Shown here: piece by piece, positions 27,487-40,924 of the stretch | How positions within the stretch are numbered: the stretch's first letter is position 1 | Layout of the letters: each line of letters starts with the position of its first letter | NCBI RefSeq assembly: GCF_001194135.2 | Contig: NC_068986.1 | Span: 90,779,130-90,843,129, forward strand | Length of the DNA: 64,000 nucleotides | Direction: 5' to 3' | Source of the DNA: Octopus bimaculoides | Taxonomy: Eukaryota | Position numbers and translations under genes: made by a program | The notes under the pieces: model-generated | What the model was told of the DNA's origin: nothing | The model's database searches: none | Seen by the model: the letters and a program-made list of their open reading frames with translations, nothing else

Positions 27487-30400
27487 GTGAGCATTATTGT
27501 TACTGGTTTATTTGTTATAGGAGGATGAATATCAAAAATGTTCAACATTGATTTATGAGATGTACATTCCAGGGGGAGATTACCTAAACTGATGCAAGTA
27601 GAAAAAGGTACATTAGAAATACTTCCAGAAGATGGACATCATATCATGATAAGTAACTATAGCTGAAGCAAGTTGCTAGGCATGGCTGTGCAATTAAGAA
27701 GCTCTCTTTGCAACCATGTGGTTTCAGGATCAGTCTTGGGCAAGTGTCTTCTATTATAACCCCTAGCTGACAAGTAGCTTGCGAGTGAATTTGGTAGAGG
27801 GAAACTGTGTAAGCACCCATTGTAGGTCGCTGTTTAAGAACTGGTGTTGGTTTCTTTACATGTCCATAACTTAGTGGTTTGGCAAAAGGGACTGATAGAA
27901 TTGAAAAAGACTTGAAAAATTGGGTACTTGAGTAGATTTGTTTGACTAAGCCAGTCAAGGTGGTGCCCTAGCATCACCATAGTCCAATGACTGAAACAAG
28001 TAAAAGAAGGTAGAAGAAATATAGAAAAGGAAACCTTGAAAACTGTATGGTGCACATAAAAAGCAAAGCATTTTCTCTTTGGTCAAATATTTCAATTGGC
28101 CTCACTCAGTACAGAAATGGTGATATGAAATAAGATGCAACTTCTGCTTTTATTAATTACAGCAGCAGAATAATACAGCAAATAGGAGAGTAATGGAGGG
28201 ATGAGTAGGGATAGGAGTGGGGTTAGGGCAGCAAGAGTGTTGGGGAGAGTTGGAGAGGAACATAAGCAAGGGTGCAGATGGTCAATGCTAAATGAAGTGG
28301 GCAGTGACAATGCTAAAAATAAGGCTGGATGTCAAAAGGAATTCGCTCAAGAGTGGGACCTAGCAGTCTATTGTTGGGATAAGAGAAAGCAGGTGTAAAC
28401 TTGACAGGGACATTAAGGGATCCAGTTGTGTGCACACACATTATGCTTTTGGAACCTGTTTCCTTATACTGTATGGATTGTCATATCACTATCTTCTGTC
28501 TTATCTCTATGAGGTTCAACATCTTGAGATCAGTCTTCCTGTCTTCCCAGATTTTCTACTTACACAGGTTCCATCTACAGTAGTCATGGACACTTCATAC
28601 AACTAGCTTTATCCATATGCACCACATTCCCAAACTGAGTCTTTTCTCATGCACAATACATCTGATTCCTAATAGCATATCCTTAAGAACTTATTAACAT
28701 GAGGTTGAACGTGATGATGCTGTTGAACTTGATAATGCTGATGTAGAAACTAGTGTTACAAATGTGAATTTATAAAATTGGAAACCACCCATGATAATAT
28801 TTCATCTGAGTATGTTCAAAAATTATTTTTAATTCAAGCAATTGTTTAGTTGCTGAAAGGCTGTTAAAGTCACTGAAAATTAATAGAATAAAACTGGAAT
28901 TAAACTGAACAGAGTTATTAAGAACCATTTTGCTGAAACAGTGCTCCAGAAGTAGTGTTTGACGAAGCCAGTAAATATCAATGAAATATGTGTATTGGTT
29001 TAATAAAATTGGATGTAAACCTAAGACCTTTACATCATCCAAAGAGAAACACTGACACAATAGTCAAAAGTTTTAAAATGAGTTTCAAAGCTTAATCATA
29101 AAGAAATCAAATTATTTTAACTGGAGATCACATCTGCAAATTTGATATATTCAGATCAATCCAGAAGTTCTGAGGTATTACCACCAGAAAGAGACAACTG
29201 CCTGTATCAACTTGCATCTGAATATTGAATATCTTTTTTTTTTTACTAATCATTTATAGCATTTCTTTAGGAAAATTTCGTAATTACTAGTAGGATCATT
29301 TACAATTTCTTCAAAGTCTTTTGTGGAATTACAAACTACCCGGAATTTTTTAAACCAAATTTAATGTTATGCTGCTAGATAGTTTGATGGTATAAGTAAA
29401 GCAACATTTGAACTTGGTTTATAACTGTTTCTACTTCCATTTATGTTCTAGTTATGCACTCACTCTGCCCGATCCTCTGTATCGCTTAACACCTGTTTTT
29501 GCCCTTCTGTCATAATTTAACATCTCATCACCTAGCATAAATCCCCTTCCCTCAATACAACACCCAGCTCATTTGGAGGATCTAATTTTGTGAGTTACTT
29601 GGCGACCTCACTAGTGCCAGTACCACATAAAAATCATCCAGTGCATTTTGTAAATTGATTGGCATCCAGTCATAGAAACCACCAAAGCAAATACTGGGGC
29701 TTGGCTTAATTCTCTGGCTCACCAGCTCCTGTTGAACCATCCAACCCACCTTGGAAAACAGGTGTTAAATGACAATCATAATGCACATTTGCACTATAAA
29801 AATTAAACAATACCTCACTCCGGAAAACTTGATCCATCTGCTTTGAATGGTAGACAGATATAATCACAACATCTTATGAAATTACAGCTATTTGGTATGG
29901 GCAATAAGAGAAATTAACCAAAATGTATTTCAAGTATGCAATAATAGTTTTGGCTCTTAAAAGGTATACTTGCTCATGCAGATCAAATAAACAGGCATAA
30001 ATAAGAATCAGTCTGTCAAACATTGACTTATATTCTAGATTACTAAGAAACACTAATTTTGATTTTACAACTGATACAGGAACAAGCATTGCAAATGATG
30101 TTCGACACTGTTCTTGAATAAAATAATCATTTATCGTCCATGCTGACATGGGTTGGACGGTTTAACCAAGTTTGGTAAGATGGAAGGCTGCACCAGACTC
30201 CAGTCTGATTTGGGATGGTTTCTTATGGCTGGATGCCCTTCCTAATGCCAAACCACTCCAAGTGGTTTCAGGAAAATGTAAGGTCATTGTTACACTAATA
30301 ATATTACATTGCTACATGCATTTCTCATTGCTTATCTATGATCAGGACTAAGTGTGGTCACTAGCTTCATGTCAGAGGGCTCAGCTATTCAGTAGAATTG

Positions 30401-31244
30401 AACTTTAATGTAAGAAAAACACACACAGAGACTACAGCTGTAAGTGTATAAAGCTATTATTAGCTTACACACACACACTTTTCATGTTTACTATATCCAT
30501 GCTGGTATGGGTTAGAGAGAAGTTATTGAAGCCATATTCTACAACTTCCCATAATTAACATTTGTTTTTAGATAAGGTGTCTATTGTACTGGTCTTCACA
30601 CATGGGTTATGGGGACAAACTGTTTATGAGATATAAATCCTGTCATTGTTTTTATTCACATGGTGACAATGTGAAAACATGTGGAAATGCACAATGAGTT
30701 TCTGTACAGTTTCCATCTACCAAATTTTATTCCCAGGCTCAAGACTATAAAGGGTACTTGTACAAGGTGGCATGCAATAGGATAGAACCCAAAGCTACAT
30801 GGTTGCAAAGCAAACTTCTTAAACAGCCAAGCATTTAGACAAAGAGAGACAAGAAATGTACCTGTGCCTATAAACGTTTGTGTATGTTTGTATCCTTATT
30901 TTACACACAGTCATATGTTGGCATGGGTATGGTAGTACAAGATTCAGACCTGAGGTTATGTGTTCCCCCAATGTTACATTTTTGGCTATGCTCTCTACAA
31001 TAGTTTGTTGCTCTTCCTGATACCAACCAGTTTACAAAGCTTACTAATGAACCTTCTCAAACCCTGCGTTATTGCTGCTTAAATTGATACCATTTACAGA
31101 ATGTACTGGGTATTTTATGTAGCACCAGCACTTTTGGAGTCGCCTTGTAGCTGGCAAAACGAAAGAGGTCACATGGTGGAAGGAACACAGTAAAAGAAGA
31201 AAGTGTTAGGGCTGGATTAACAGAGGCAGAGCGATGGATTAAAC

Positions 31245-31565
31245 CAGGAGTTTTCAACCTTTTTTTTTTTTTCATCTATGGACCTCTTTATTATTCTGGG
31301 TTTAAAAAACTAGTTTTATAAAAACTTTCAAAATTCCTATTTTTTCAAGCATCAACTTGTGTAAGTTGAACTACGTAAAATGTTAGAGAAAGAAACCTAA
31401 TTGTTTCATGCAATACACACCAATACATACATCTCAAGTAAAATAACTTTCAGGGGCCCTGAAAATACAATTGTGTACCCCCAATTGACTATTTTGTTAT
31501 GTGGACCTCCAAAAATCTTGAATGGACCCCAAGTAACCATATTGGACCCCGGTTGAAAACCACTG
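31245..31565 (+). mobile_element. hAT (Buster/Charlie-type) MITE
   Basis: Ends CAGGAGTTTTCAACC / GGTTGAAAACCACTG. 8-bp TSD GATTAAAC/GGTTAAAC with central TA. Confidence 0.85.
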
Positions 31566-32087
31566 GGTTAAACGAAGTAGTAATGGAACGGGTTGAGTAG
31601 ATGGACTCAGGATGGGTCAGTCTATCTACGAGTTCGTCAGAGTCCAAAACAGTTACTGATATTACAAGTTTTTTGCTGAGAGAGGGTTGTTGGGGAGAGA
31701 CCAACAGAGTGTTATAGAAGTGGGTAATAGGAGAGAAAATGAAAAGTAGTATCAAGAGGTTAGTGAGAGAGAGACAGTGGTTAAGCGAAGAGAGAGTAGG
31801 GAGGTGTGAAGGTACAGCATGGGCAATAGGAGGGGATGCATGCACATAACAGAGGAGAAGTGCATCCACTAAATTTCTGCAGGTCAAATCTTCGGTGACA
31901 CATTTCGCCTGTTGAACAGTCTTAGGTCATCTCCGTCAAATGTAACATTAACGTCATTTTCACCACTTCAACCCAAATCTTTTCTCTCTCTCTCTCTCTC
32001 TCTGGTAACCATTCACTTTGAGCCCTTGGTACTTAACTAATGCATCCAATTTCTTTTTTGTGTGTGTGCGGTACAAATTTGGATTGG

Positions 32088-32121
<34 letters not shown>

Positions 32122-32372
32122 CGCGATATATACAGAAAGAAAAATGTATACACAGAAATAAACGAGTAGAGAGCAATGTAACAATTGCAATACAGAAGAA
32201 TATTTAACTATCGTATAGCAGACGACTTGCTATTACAATGTAAATATCATAGTATGAAATGAAACTACGAAACTGAATTCTCTCAGACACGAGATGCATA
32301 GTTTCGCAGAATTAAAAAAAAAATAATAATAACTTGCCAATATATGAATAATAAAATTCAGTTCCAACTTAC

Positions 32373-32521
32373 TGTGATTCAGTGGCCGACAATGCTGGAA
32401 GTTGGGACAAACATACGAGCACAATAACAATAACTTTAGTGGATCGTGCACAGCTACCATGCAATGGAGCTATAGACGACAGCGTGTCTAGTAGAATTTG
32501 GGCACAACAGTTCTTGTTCAT
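32373..32521 (-). CDS. EMI-domain membrane protein, coding exon 1 (signal peptide)
   Basis: AAACC-ATG at 32521; MNKNCCAQILLDTLSSIAPLHGSCARSTKVIVIVLVCLSQLPALSATES. Hydrophobic core plus ALSA-T cleavage-like site. Strong donor CA|GTAAGT in phase 2, matching the exon at 14008. The join spans 18 kb, so it is inferred. Confidence 0.7.
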
Positions 32522-33509
32522 GGTTTATCTGAAGAGAAAAAGGCTATCTTTTGTATAAGCTCCAGGCAACGTGAACATTACCTTGGGAAATGCGTTGAAT
32601 AAGTGTTGAAGTGTTGAATAAGACGACACCAGTTTCCACAAGAATATAGAACGTCGTTAGTTTAAAATAAAAAATTACTAGTATTTTGAGGAATGAGCGA
32701 CTGGACTCAACAACAGGGTTTGGAATTAGGGTTAGCGAATAAGTTTTTTACAGGTAATAGAGTTCTCCTTAGATATAGTCCTTTCTTATCACGCGAGTCT
32801 CACAAGGTATATCCGTTCTTTTACAATACAACCACTGGTGCACTAAATGTGGGGTGTCTTTTGTCGTGAAGTCTTGACTGCAAAACTCCTCTTCGCTAGT
32901 AGAAGACAATTCCAGTTCCATATAATCTTACAGGAAATTTCCTATCTTTTCTTCTACAAAAATCTCAAAATGTGTGTGTATAAACACAAAATACTCTGCA
33001 AGACATAGCAGATATGTAAACTAGGGGTTGAGTCCAAACACAAAAATGAATAAAAATAAGACAACAAAATAGTCAAGAATTATATAATTAGCAGGGTTGT
33101 CTATTAAATTTAGACTTGGCTTCTTCAAATTTCTTTTTCCTTCTTATCAATATTTCATGGCTCCAATTCAATAATGAAATTAAGATTCGAACATCCTTCA
33201 CTACCAGTTCGTTTTACCTTTCGATAACGGAATTACATCTGTAATACTGCTCTGTTTACGAATGACTAAGAATTTGTAACTAAAAACGAAGCAATAAAGA
33301 GAAGACTAGTTTGTTTCGTTGTTTTTGAGTACGGAGTTCGTCAATTTGAGTTTCTAACTCTTCGACGAAGTTGTGAGTTCTGTAACATTGGCTTCCTCCT
33401 CTGATCAGCTTAACAACAAGTGCTCGATACGTTAATTCAGCGACGTGGTTTTCATAAATAATTACATGCCCCGAATAGCGTTTGGTTACTAAACTACAAA
33501 TACCCTGCC

Positions 33510-33517
33510 TTTTTATA
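33510..33517 (-). promoter_or_regulatory. Candidate TATA box for the EMI-domain gene
   Basis: Minus-strand TATAAAAA about 27 nt upstream of an Inr-like TTAGT (about 33490), in a CpG-retaining zone about 1 kb upstream of the ATG. Confidence 0.35.
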
Positions 33518-34540
33518 GTGTCTAAGAAAAAGAACACATGTTTAGGTTCCCTGCCTTGATGTAGCGTTCCATAAACTCAGTAATATTGCCTCGTAAATCA
33601 TTTCCGCAATATTCACTTGATATTCCCTGCCTTCGTACAGCGTTTCAAAACAACTAAATTGATATTCTCTGCTGAGAAGAATAAACTAGAATTTTGTCAA
33701 CATATCATAGAATTAATAAAATCCAGAATCTGTTTACGACATTAATAATTTTTTTATTGCTTTCTCCGAACAAGGGCACCATATTTATGTCTATAAGGCA
33801 GACGAACTTATTCAAATTTGCGAATTTTCTTAACATAGAGTTACGTCCCATGTATTACTCATCGAAGCGCATATTGCAACACAGAGTAATGCTACTTAAG
33901 CTTGGCTTTCCTTACCATACTGCTAAATGATAAAAAAAGGATCCAAATTTTTTTTCCCCATTAAGAAAGATTATTTCTGTCTATATGTATCTTTTATTTT
34001 TAACTTGTTTCAGTTACCCTTGACTGCGGCCATGCTGGGACACCTACTTGAAGAGTTTTAGTCAAACAAATCGACCCCAAGGCTTATTTTTTAAAAAGTC
34101 TGGTACTTATTTTATTAGTTTCTTTTGCCGGACTACTAAGTTACGGAGGCCATAAACACACCAACACCGGTTGTCGAGCGGTGGAGTGGGACAAAGACAC
34201 ACACACATACATTATATATAAATATATATNNNNNNNNNNNNNNNNNNNNNNNNNNNNNNNNNNNNNNNNNNNNNNNNNNNNNNNNNNNNNNNNNNNNNNN
34301 NNNNNNNNNNNNNNNNNNNNNNNNNNNNNNNNNNNNNNNNNNNNNNNNNNNNNNNNNNNNNNNNNNNNNNNNNNNNNNNNNNNNNNNNNNNNNNNNNNNN
34401 NNNNNNNNNNNNNNNNNNNNNNNNNNNNNNNNNNNNNNNNNNNNNNNNNNNNNNNNNNNNNNNNNNNNNNNNNNNNNNNNNNNNNNNNNNNNNNNNNNNN
34501 NNNNNNNNNNNNNNNNNNNNNNNNNNNNNNNNNNNNNNNN

Positions 34541-35145
34541 TAAAGGGGGACACTACAACACATGTGGGGACATATAACAATTAAAATAAAGATATGATGT
34601 TATGAATGACACATGAAAAACATTAAAATCACGTAACCTTTTTCACCGAGGGAGGGGTCTTGTAAATTTTGTGATGTCTGTTCTTTCTTCTTTTTTTTCC
34701 TGTGAGGAGAGGGGGTGTGTGTGTTTGGTGTCTGTATGGGGAGGGTAAGTGTGAGTGGTCTTGGGTGGGATGGAGTTGGTCTGGGGTCCCACATCACACT
34801 GACTGTTGTTCCTCTTCTTTCTCTTTTTCCTTTTATTCTCTGTCACTGTCCATTCATCCCCCTTGTTCCTTCCATCTATCTGTACTCCTTACTTTTTTCT
34901 CCTCCGTCTCCATCACCGCTTCTTCTGTCGTTTTCCTCTGCAGAGGGCAGTGTGCTCTAATGTGGCCCTTTTGGCCACATTTAGAACATTGTGGGATTCT
35001 GCCCTCCATCCACACAACACAATCTCTCCCAATGTCACCGTCTCCGCCAAACTCTCCAATTGCCTCTCCTCTGCCTGTATAATGAGGAGGTCACCAAATA
35101 ACTTGCAGATAAGACCCCTCAAGTGGGGAGTAGTATTAAGGGAGA
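34541..35145 (-). mobile_element. 5'-truncated ORF1-only retroposon with intact CCHC knuckle
   Basis: EGRIPQ-CSKCGQKGHIRAHC-P at 34947-34988; stop at 34643; related 3' UTR follows directly. Confidence 0.7.
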
Positions 35146-35629
35146 TGGCTAAATGCCAGGGGATGAGAAGTTAGAATATGAATAGAGGGACAGAAATAGA
35201 GGTCTTGCAGTAAAGGAGATACATGACTACCTCAGCTAGAGAGAATGGAAAGGGTTGAGAGATAAGATGGTAAAGATGTGACAGGATGCACAGCCGAGTT
35301 ACAGGGAGGTATATTTAGCAAAGTGAACTGGGATTGGGTAGGGTTGAAAGGTGGGTAAGTTCATGAGGGTGGGAGATGGAGGAGAGGAAAATGTAGTGAG
35401 CGATGACTGGGAGAGGGAGGGAGGTGTTTGGAGGGTCTGTTGTGGGAAGTGATATGACAGACACAGAGTTCACAAGGAAGAGTGAGTGATAAATAAGTGG
35501 GAGATACAGTGAATGTGGAACATGAATAGCAAAGAAGTTTGGGGGAAGAGGGGATGTGGAGAGATGTTTGCCAGAGACTGATTGAGTGTGGGGGAGGGAC
35601 ATGGACATAAAGGACATGCCTTTTATGGC

Positions 35630-36210
35630 CTTGATTCTACTTTGTTTGACAAGTCTTCTCAAACACAAGTTACCAATTATTTTCGTCTTTTGTTATCTCC
35701 TCAATGAGGTTCAACATCTAATCATTTTGCATCACTTTGTCCCACATCTTTTGAGGTTTTCCTCTTCCACAGGTTCCCACTACATCTAGAGATCAGCATT
35801 TCTTCATGCAACTCTCCTCATCCTTATCAGCATTTCTTTATGCAACTCATTTGTATCACATGACCATATCAGAGCAGTCTTCTCTCTAGCACACTACATC
35901 TGGTGTCTCTAATACCCACTTTTTCTCTCAAAACACTGACATTGGACACCCAACCAAGCATACTGGCTTCATTTTTTTAAGCCTTCATGTGTTCCTTGCA
36001 TTCACAGCCCTGTGGCATAGCTACCCTGTAGCATAGCTGTTTGTACAGATGCATCATATCATCAGCCTTTCACTCTGAGAGAGAGGCCATACGTTACCAG
36101 CCGAGATAGTAGCTCTCTGAACTTTTCCCAGCTGGCTCTTATTCTACCAACTATGCTTACAGAGCATCCACCACCACTCCTCATTTGGTCACCTAGGTAA
36201 TGGAAACTCT
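35630..36210 (-). mobile_element. Degenerate RTE LINE ORF2 fragment
   Basis: Reverse complement is colinear with 42136-42410 (CCTAGGTGACCAA...CTCTCTCTCAGAGTGAAAGG...GAAGCCAGTATGCT). Confidence 0.7.
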
Positions 36211-36517
36211 CTTTATATGTATGGGGGGGGCAGTACATATCTGTATATATATATAAAACTGAGAAGTTGTGTCTGCCTGTCTCTGTCTGTATGTGTGCAT
36301 CACTAAAACTTGAGAACTACCCAACTGATTTCATTCAAATTTTACACATGCCTTGCTTAGGGTCCATGCAGTGTCATGGGCCAAAATAATTTTCAACTTC
36401 TTGCCTAATGTGAGCCTGGAGCAATCTCATATCTCTTACACTATTTCAGTATTACATGTCAAAAGTGAAACAATAACATCTCTCTTTCTCTCTCTCTCTC
36501 TCTATATATATATAATA

Positions 36518-36562
<45 letters not shown>

Positions 36563-37050
36563 TGGGTTGNNNNNNNNNNNNNNNNNNNNNNNNNNNNNNN
36601 NNNNNNNNNNNNNNNNNNNNNNNNTTTTTTTTTTTTTTTTTTTTTCTAGTTAACTTTAGTTAATTTTTATTTATTTTCAGATCATTAAAATGGAATGTCA
36701 AGTTAAGAAAAACGAGCATTTTCAACACCTTTTTGTCTTTAATCAAGGTTCTAAGGCCGCAAAAGCTGCTCATGACATTTGTGCTGTGTATGGAGAGGGT
36801 GCCATAGCTGAAAGAACCGCTCATGATTGGTATGCCAAGTTCAAAAATGGAAATTTTGACCTCAAAGACGCACCTCATTCTGGCTGTCCAGTTGAGTTCA
36901 ATGAAGAGTGATTAAACCAACTTTTGCACAAAAATTCTCATCAAATAACAAGGGAACAGTGCTTCCACTCTACTATAGTGAAGCATCTTCACTCAATGGG
37001 AAATGTTCAGAAGTATGGAGCATGGGTTCCAAATGCTTTAAGTAACAACA
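36563..37050 (+). mobile_element. Mariner transposase 5' fragment (HTH region)
   Basis: MECQVKKNEHF...AKAAHDICAVYGEGAIAERTAHDWYAKFKNGNFDLKDAP resembles Mos1/Hsmar N-termini. A TIR-like TATTGGGTTG runs into the N gap. Confidence 0.8.
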
Positions 37051-37722
37051 CTTTATAACTACTTTTCATGCAGGCATAGACAGGTTGACATGGTTGAAGT
37101 CAGTTCCTCTTCAGAATTACTGTTCTCCTAAATGAATCAGATGACACCTCACTTATATATTCCATTTTTGGAATGGTTTCCATAGCTAGATGCTGTCCTT
37201 AATATTAACCAGTTTAAAGAATGTATTGGGTGCATTTTTGCCCAACACAAAATATAATAAAATGTGAAATTTCACATCAAATTCAAATTTCATTTCTTAA
37301 TTGAATTTCAATTTAAGCTTCAATTCCATTTTTTTGTCGAGAGGGAAAACAATATATTTTTAATTTTCTTTTTACAATTTTAGCTTTTTTTTTTCAAAAA
37401 AAAAACACCTTTTGAGTTTGTTGTAATATGACAAAGAAACCAGCACAAAGGAAAGTTGTTATGTCTTCAACAAGACTAAAGAGCCCTTCCCCCTACATTG
37501 TTTCCATTTCCTTGTCAACCACTTTACAGTGCATTGGGTGCATTCTGTCATGACACCAGAACTAGACATATTGCCTTGTCTCCTCTCTGCTCCATATTGT
37601 TTCTTTCCTTTCAAAGTAAGCATTTTCAAGCGTGTGAATAAAAAAAAGAGTAATGACCAAGAGGAGGAAAGAAAAAAAAAGAGTATAAGTGGGATGGCAG
37701 AAACAATGATAAAAACAGTAAA

Positions 37723-38520
37723 TCATCATCATNNNNNNNNNNNNNNNNNNNNNNNNNNNNNNNNNNNNNNNNNNNNNNNNNNNNNNNNNNNNNNNNNNNN
37801 NNNNNNNNNNNNNNNNNNNNNNNNNNNNNNNNNNNNNNNNNNNNNNNNNNNNNNNNNNNNNNNNNNNNNNNNNNNNNNNNNNNNNNNNNNNNNNNNNNNN
37901 NNNNNNNNNNNNNNNNNNNNNNNNNNNNNNNNNNNNNNNNNNNNNNNNNNNNNNNNNNNNNNNNNNNNNNNNNNNNNNNNNNNNNNNNNNNNNNNNNNNN
38001 NNNNNNNNNNNNNNNNNNNNNNNNNNNNNNNNNNNNNNNNNNNNNNNNNNNNNNNNNNNNNNNNNNNNNNNNNNNNNNNNNNNNNNNNNNNNNNNNNNNN
38101 NNNNNNNNNNNNNNNNNNNNNNNNNNNNNNNNNNNNNNNNNNNNNNNNNNNNNNNNNNNNNNNNNNNNNNNNNNNNNNNNNNNNNNNNNNNNNNNNNNNN
38201 NNNNNNNNNNNNNNNNNNNNNNNNNNNNNGTCGTCAAATTTAGTTTGGTTTCAATTTCACTTGCCTCAACAGGTCTTTGCAAGCGGAGTTTAGTGTCCAA
38301 TGAAGGAAAGGTATATATAAGTGGGCTGGCTACAACCCTGGCAGAGGCCTTGGAATAAGGTCTCACTTGGCTTGCCGGGTCTTCTCATGCACAGCATATT
38401 TCCAAAGGTCTCGGTCAGAAGTCATCGCCTCAGTGAGGCCCAATGTTCAAAGGTCTTGCCTCACCACCTCATCCCAGGTCTTCCTGGGCCTACCTCTTCC
38501 ACGGGTTCCCTCAACTGCTA
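37723..38520 (-). mobile_element. RTE LINE 3' end
   Basis: GTRGRGRPRKTWDEVVRQDL*TLGLTEAMTSDRDLW, the RTE ORF2 terminus; (GAT)n tail beyond the gap. Confidence 0.8.
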
Positions 38521-39588
38521 AAGAAGAGAGTAATTGAGAAAGGACTGACTTCTACATATTGGTTGTTGGTAAGGAGAATGAATACAAAAACTGTATGAGC
38601 AGCATGATGGGATTGCAATAAAGATGGGTGATAGAAAGAAATAGTGAACTAGGGAGAGCAATAGAAGTGGGTGATAGTAAGAGAAAATGAGTAAGGGATA
38701 GCAACAGAGATGGGTAGTGGTAGGAGTACTGAGCACAAACTATAGATAGATTCAATGTTATTCCTCGTTACACAGGTATTTTGATAGAAGAGAGATAGAA
38801 TGATAGAGGGATGATAATAGAAAAGAAGATAAGTGATAGAGGATGACAGTGGAAGCATTAAATATAGAGAAAACAAATGCCATTTCTTGTTATACAGAAG
38901 AAATCATAATGGATGGGAGAAAGAAGGGTGGTAAGTGAAGGAGTAATGAAAAGGTCTGTAAATAGAAACTTAACATCCCAACCTCAACCATTCTAACCAC
39001 TTTAACAACTGTCTTTTGTTATGCTTGCACCAGGTCTTCTTCAGTACCATATACTGTTATTTGTCACAGTTCTTTGTCAACACCTGCAAGAGATTCATTT
39101 CCTAAAATTGTTGAGGGAGTAGTAAAAGAAAAAAAAAAAAGACACTAAATTCAAATTTCATTTTTTAATTGAATTTCAATTTAAGTTTCAATTTCGTATT
39201 TCATTACCTGCCTTTGCTGAATTCCAGTTTATGTAGTACAGTTTTCAATTTTTACCAATAAGAAATTTCAAACAGATAAAACAAATTTTAGAAAAAAACT
39301 TAAATCAAAACTCCTTAATGGCAATAATAAAAGCATCTTTTATTCTGTTCTAAGAATATTTCATTTGTTTTGGATTGGCAAAGCACTGTTTTATTTTTTG
39401 TTTTATTTTTCAGTATATTTCCAATTGTTTTTTCATTTTCAGTATTTCTTTTTTTTTTTCATTTTATGTTTTTTAATTTTTTTTCCAAAAATAAAAAAAA
39501 AAAGCTTTTCTAGTTTATTGTTACACAAAAAGGAAAACAGCACAGCAGTCTTTTTAAGTTTTGGTGAAACTTCAGGGTTGCTTGTAGT

Positions 39589-39717
39589 TTATTCAAGTTT
39601 CTCATCTCCTTCCTCTATGTCTTTCAAACTGAGAATTTCAACATGCCCTTTACCTTTGGTTTCAGTGTGAATTAATTCACTGAGTTCTCTATAACAACCA
39701 GGATCAATCAACACAGT
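39589..39717 (-). CDS. SBDS: SBDS coding exon 6 (129 nt including stop)
   Basis: Acceptor TTTTGTAG; [42 protein letters not shown], the SBDS C-terminus. Exons sum to 759 nt = 252 aa plus stop. Confidence 0.96.
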   Translation of the reverse strand, partial: TVLIDPGCYRELSELIHTETKGKGHVEILSLKDIEEGDEKLE

Positions 39718-40249
39718 CTACAAAACAAAGAAAAGAAAAGAAAAAGAAAATAAATACTTTTTCATTGCTTTACATTTATGTTTAGTCATAATAGCATGAG
39801 CAGGATGTTGTATCATCATCACCATTTAACATGCTTTCCATGCTGGCATGGGTTGGACAGTTCCACAAGAGCTTGTCAGCCAGAGGGCTGTGTCAAGCTC
39901 CAATGTTTGCTTTGGCATGGTTCCTATAACTGATGCCCTTCCAAATGCCAGCCATTTTACGGAATGTAGTGAGTGATTATATTTTTTTGTAGCAAAAAGA
40001 TAAAATTAGCCTCATGAGGAATGTGCAACAGAAGTAGTATTAGATTATAATAGGCATTGTGTATCATACTTAATGCAAAAACATCACAAAAGACAAATTA
40101 AATGTGGTATTCATTCAGAGCCAACAGGTTTCCACAGTCTTCGTTTACTCAATTTTATTCACAAAGTGTTGTTGATGCCAGAACTATGATTACAAAAGCA
40201 AACTTCATAACCACAAAGTTATGTAGGTGTATGCATGTGTGCATGTATG

Positions 40250-40251
<2 letters not shown>

Positions 40252-40321
<70 letters not shown>
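40252..40321. repeat. (CA)n microsatellite
   Basis: About 35 uninterrupted CA units about 50 nt from the SBDS exon 5 donor; reads (TG)n in the pre-mRNA. Confidence 0.98.
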
Positions 40322-40324
<3 letters not shown>

Positions 40325-40370
40325 CTGGCTTCACCATACTTTATTCCTATATTAAAAAAACATCAGTTAC

Positions 40371-40456
40371 CATTTCCAGTTCATCATCAAAATCTTCTTT
40401 CTCCACTCTGGTAGACAGCTTTTTAACCTTTTCTTTCACCCTTTTAGCATCTTTAC
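40371..40456 (-). CDS. SBDS: SBDS coding exon 5 (86 nt)
   Basis: Acceptor TCTCTCAG; (G)KDAKRVKEKVKKLSTRVEKEDFDDELEM; donor ATG|GTAACT. Phase matches exon 4. Confidence 0.95.
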
Positions 40457-40924
40457 CTGAGAGAAAAATATTTTTTTTAAAATGTCATTCTTACGTTAAA
40501 ATAATTAATATAAACCAACTTATTGTTAAAATCTAAATACAGAGACACAATATGATCATCTGGACATTAGTGTCTCAAGCCCTAGGACTCATAGGATCAG
40601 TTACCTGGTTTCCGTGGTGACCTAGATCATAACATTGTCCTTGAATAGGACACCAATCCTTCACAGGGTTACTCATTTCCAAATGAGTGAAGTGGAGCAA
40701 CATGAAATGAAGTGCTTTGCTCAAGAACGCAATGCACCACCTGGTATGAAAATTGAAATCACATTCTTGCAATCATGAGTGCAACACCTTAACCACTTGA
40801 CCACCTGCCTTCTCTCAAACACAGTATGCAGCTTGGAAATTTCAACTCAGAACAGTGATCACTAAAGTTGACACAGTAAAGAGAATCACTGCTAGAAATA
40901 ACAGCCAAATCACATTGCATAACA

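Noticed and set aside
31489-31887. 132-aa minus-strand ORF
   Set aside because: It spans a purine-rich repeat and runs into a hAT MITE; no recognisable domain.
33280-33537. 85-aa ORF with a coiled-coil-looking end
   Set aside because: Non-ATG start, overlaps the putative promoter/5' UTR, and has no homology or splice partners.
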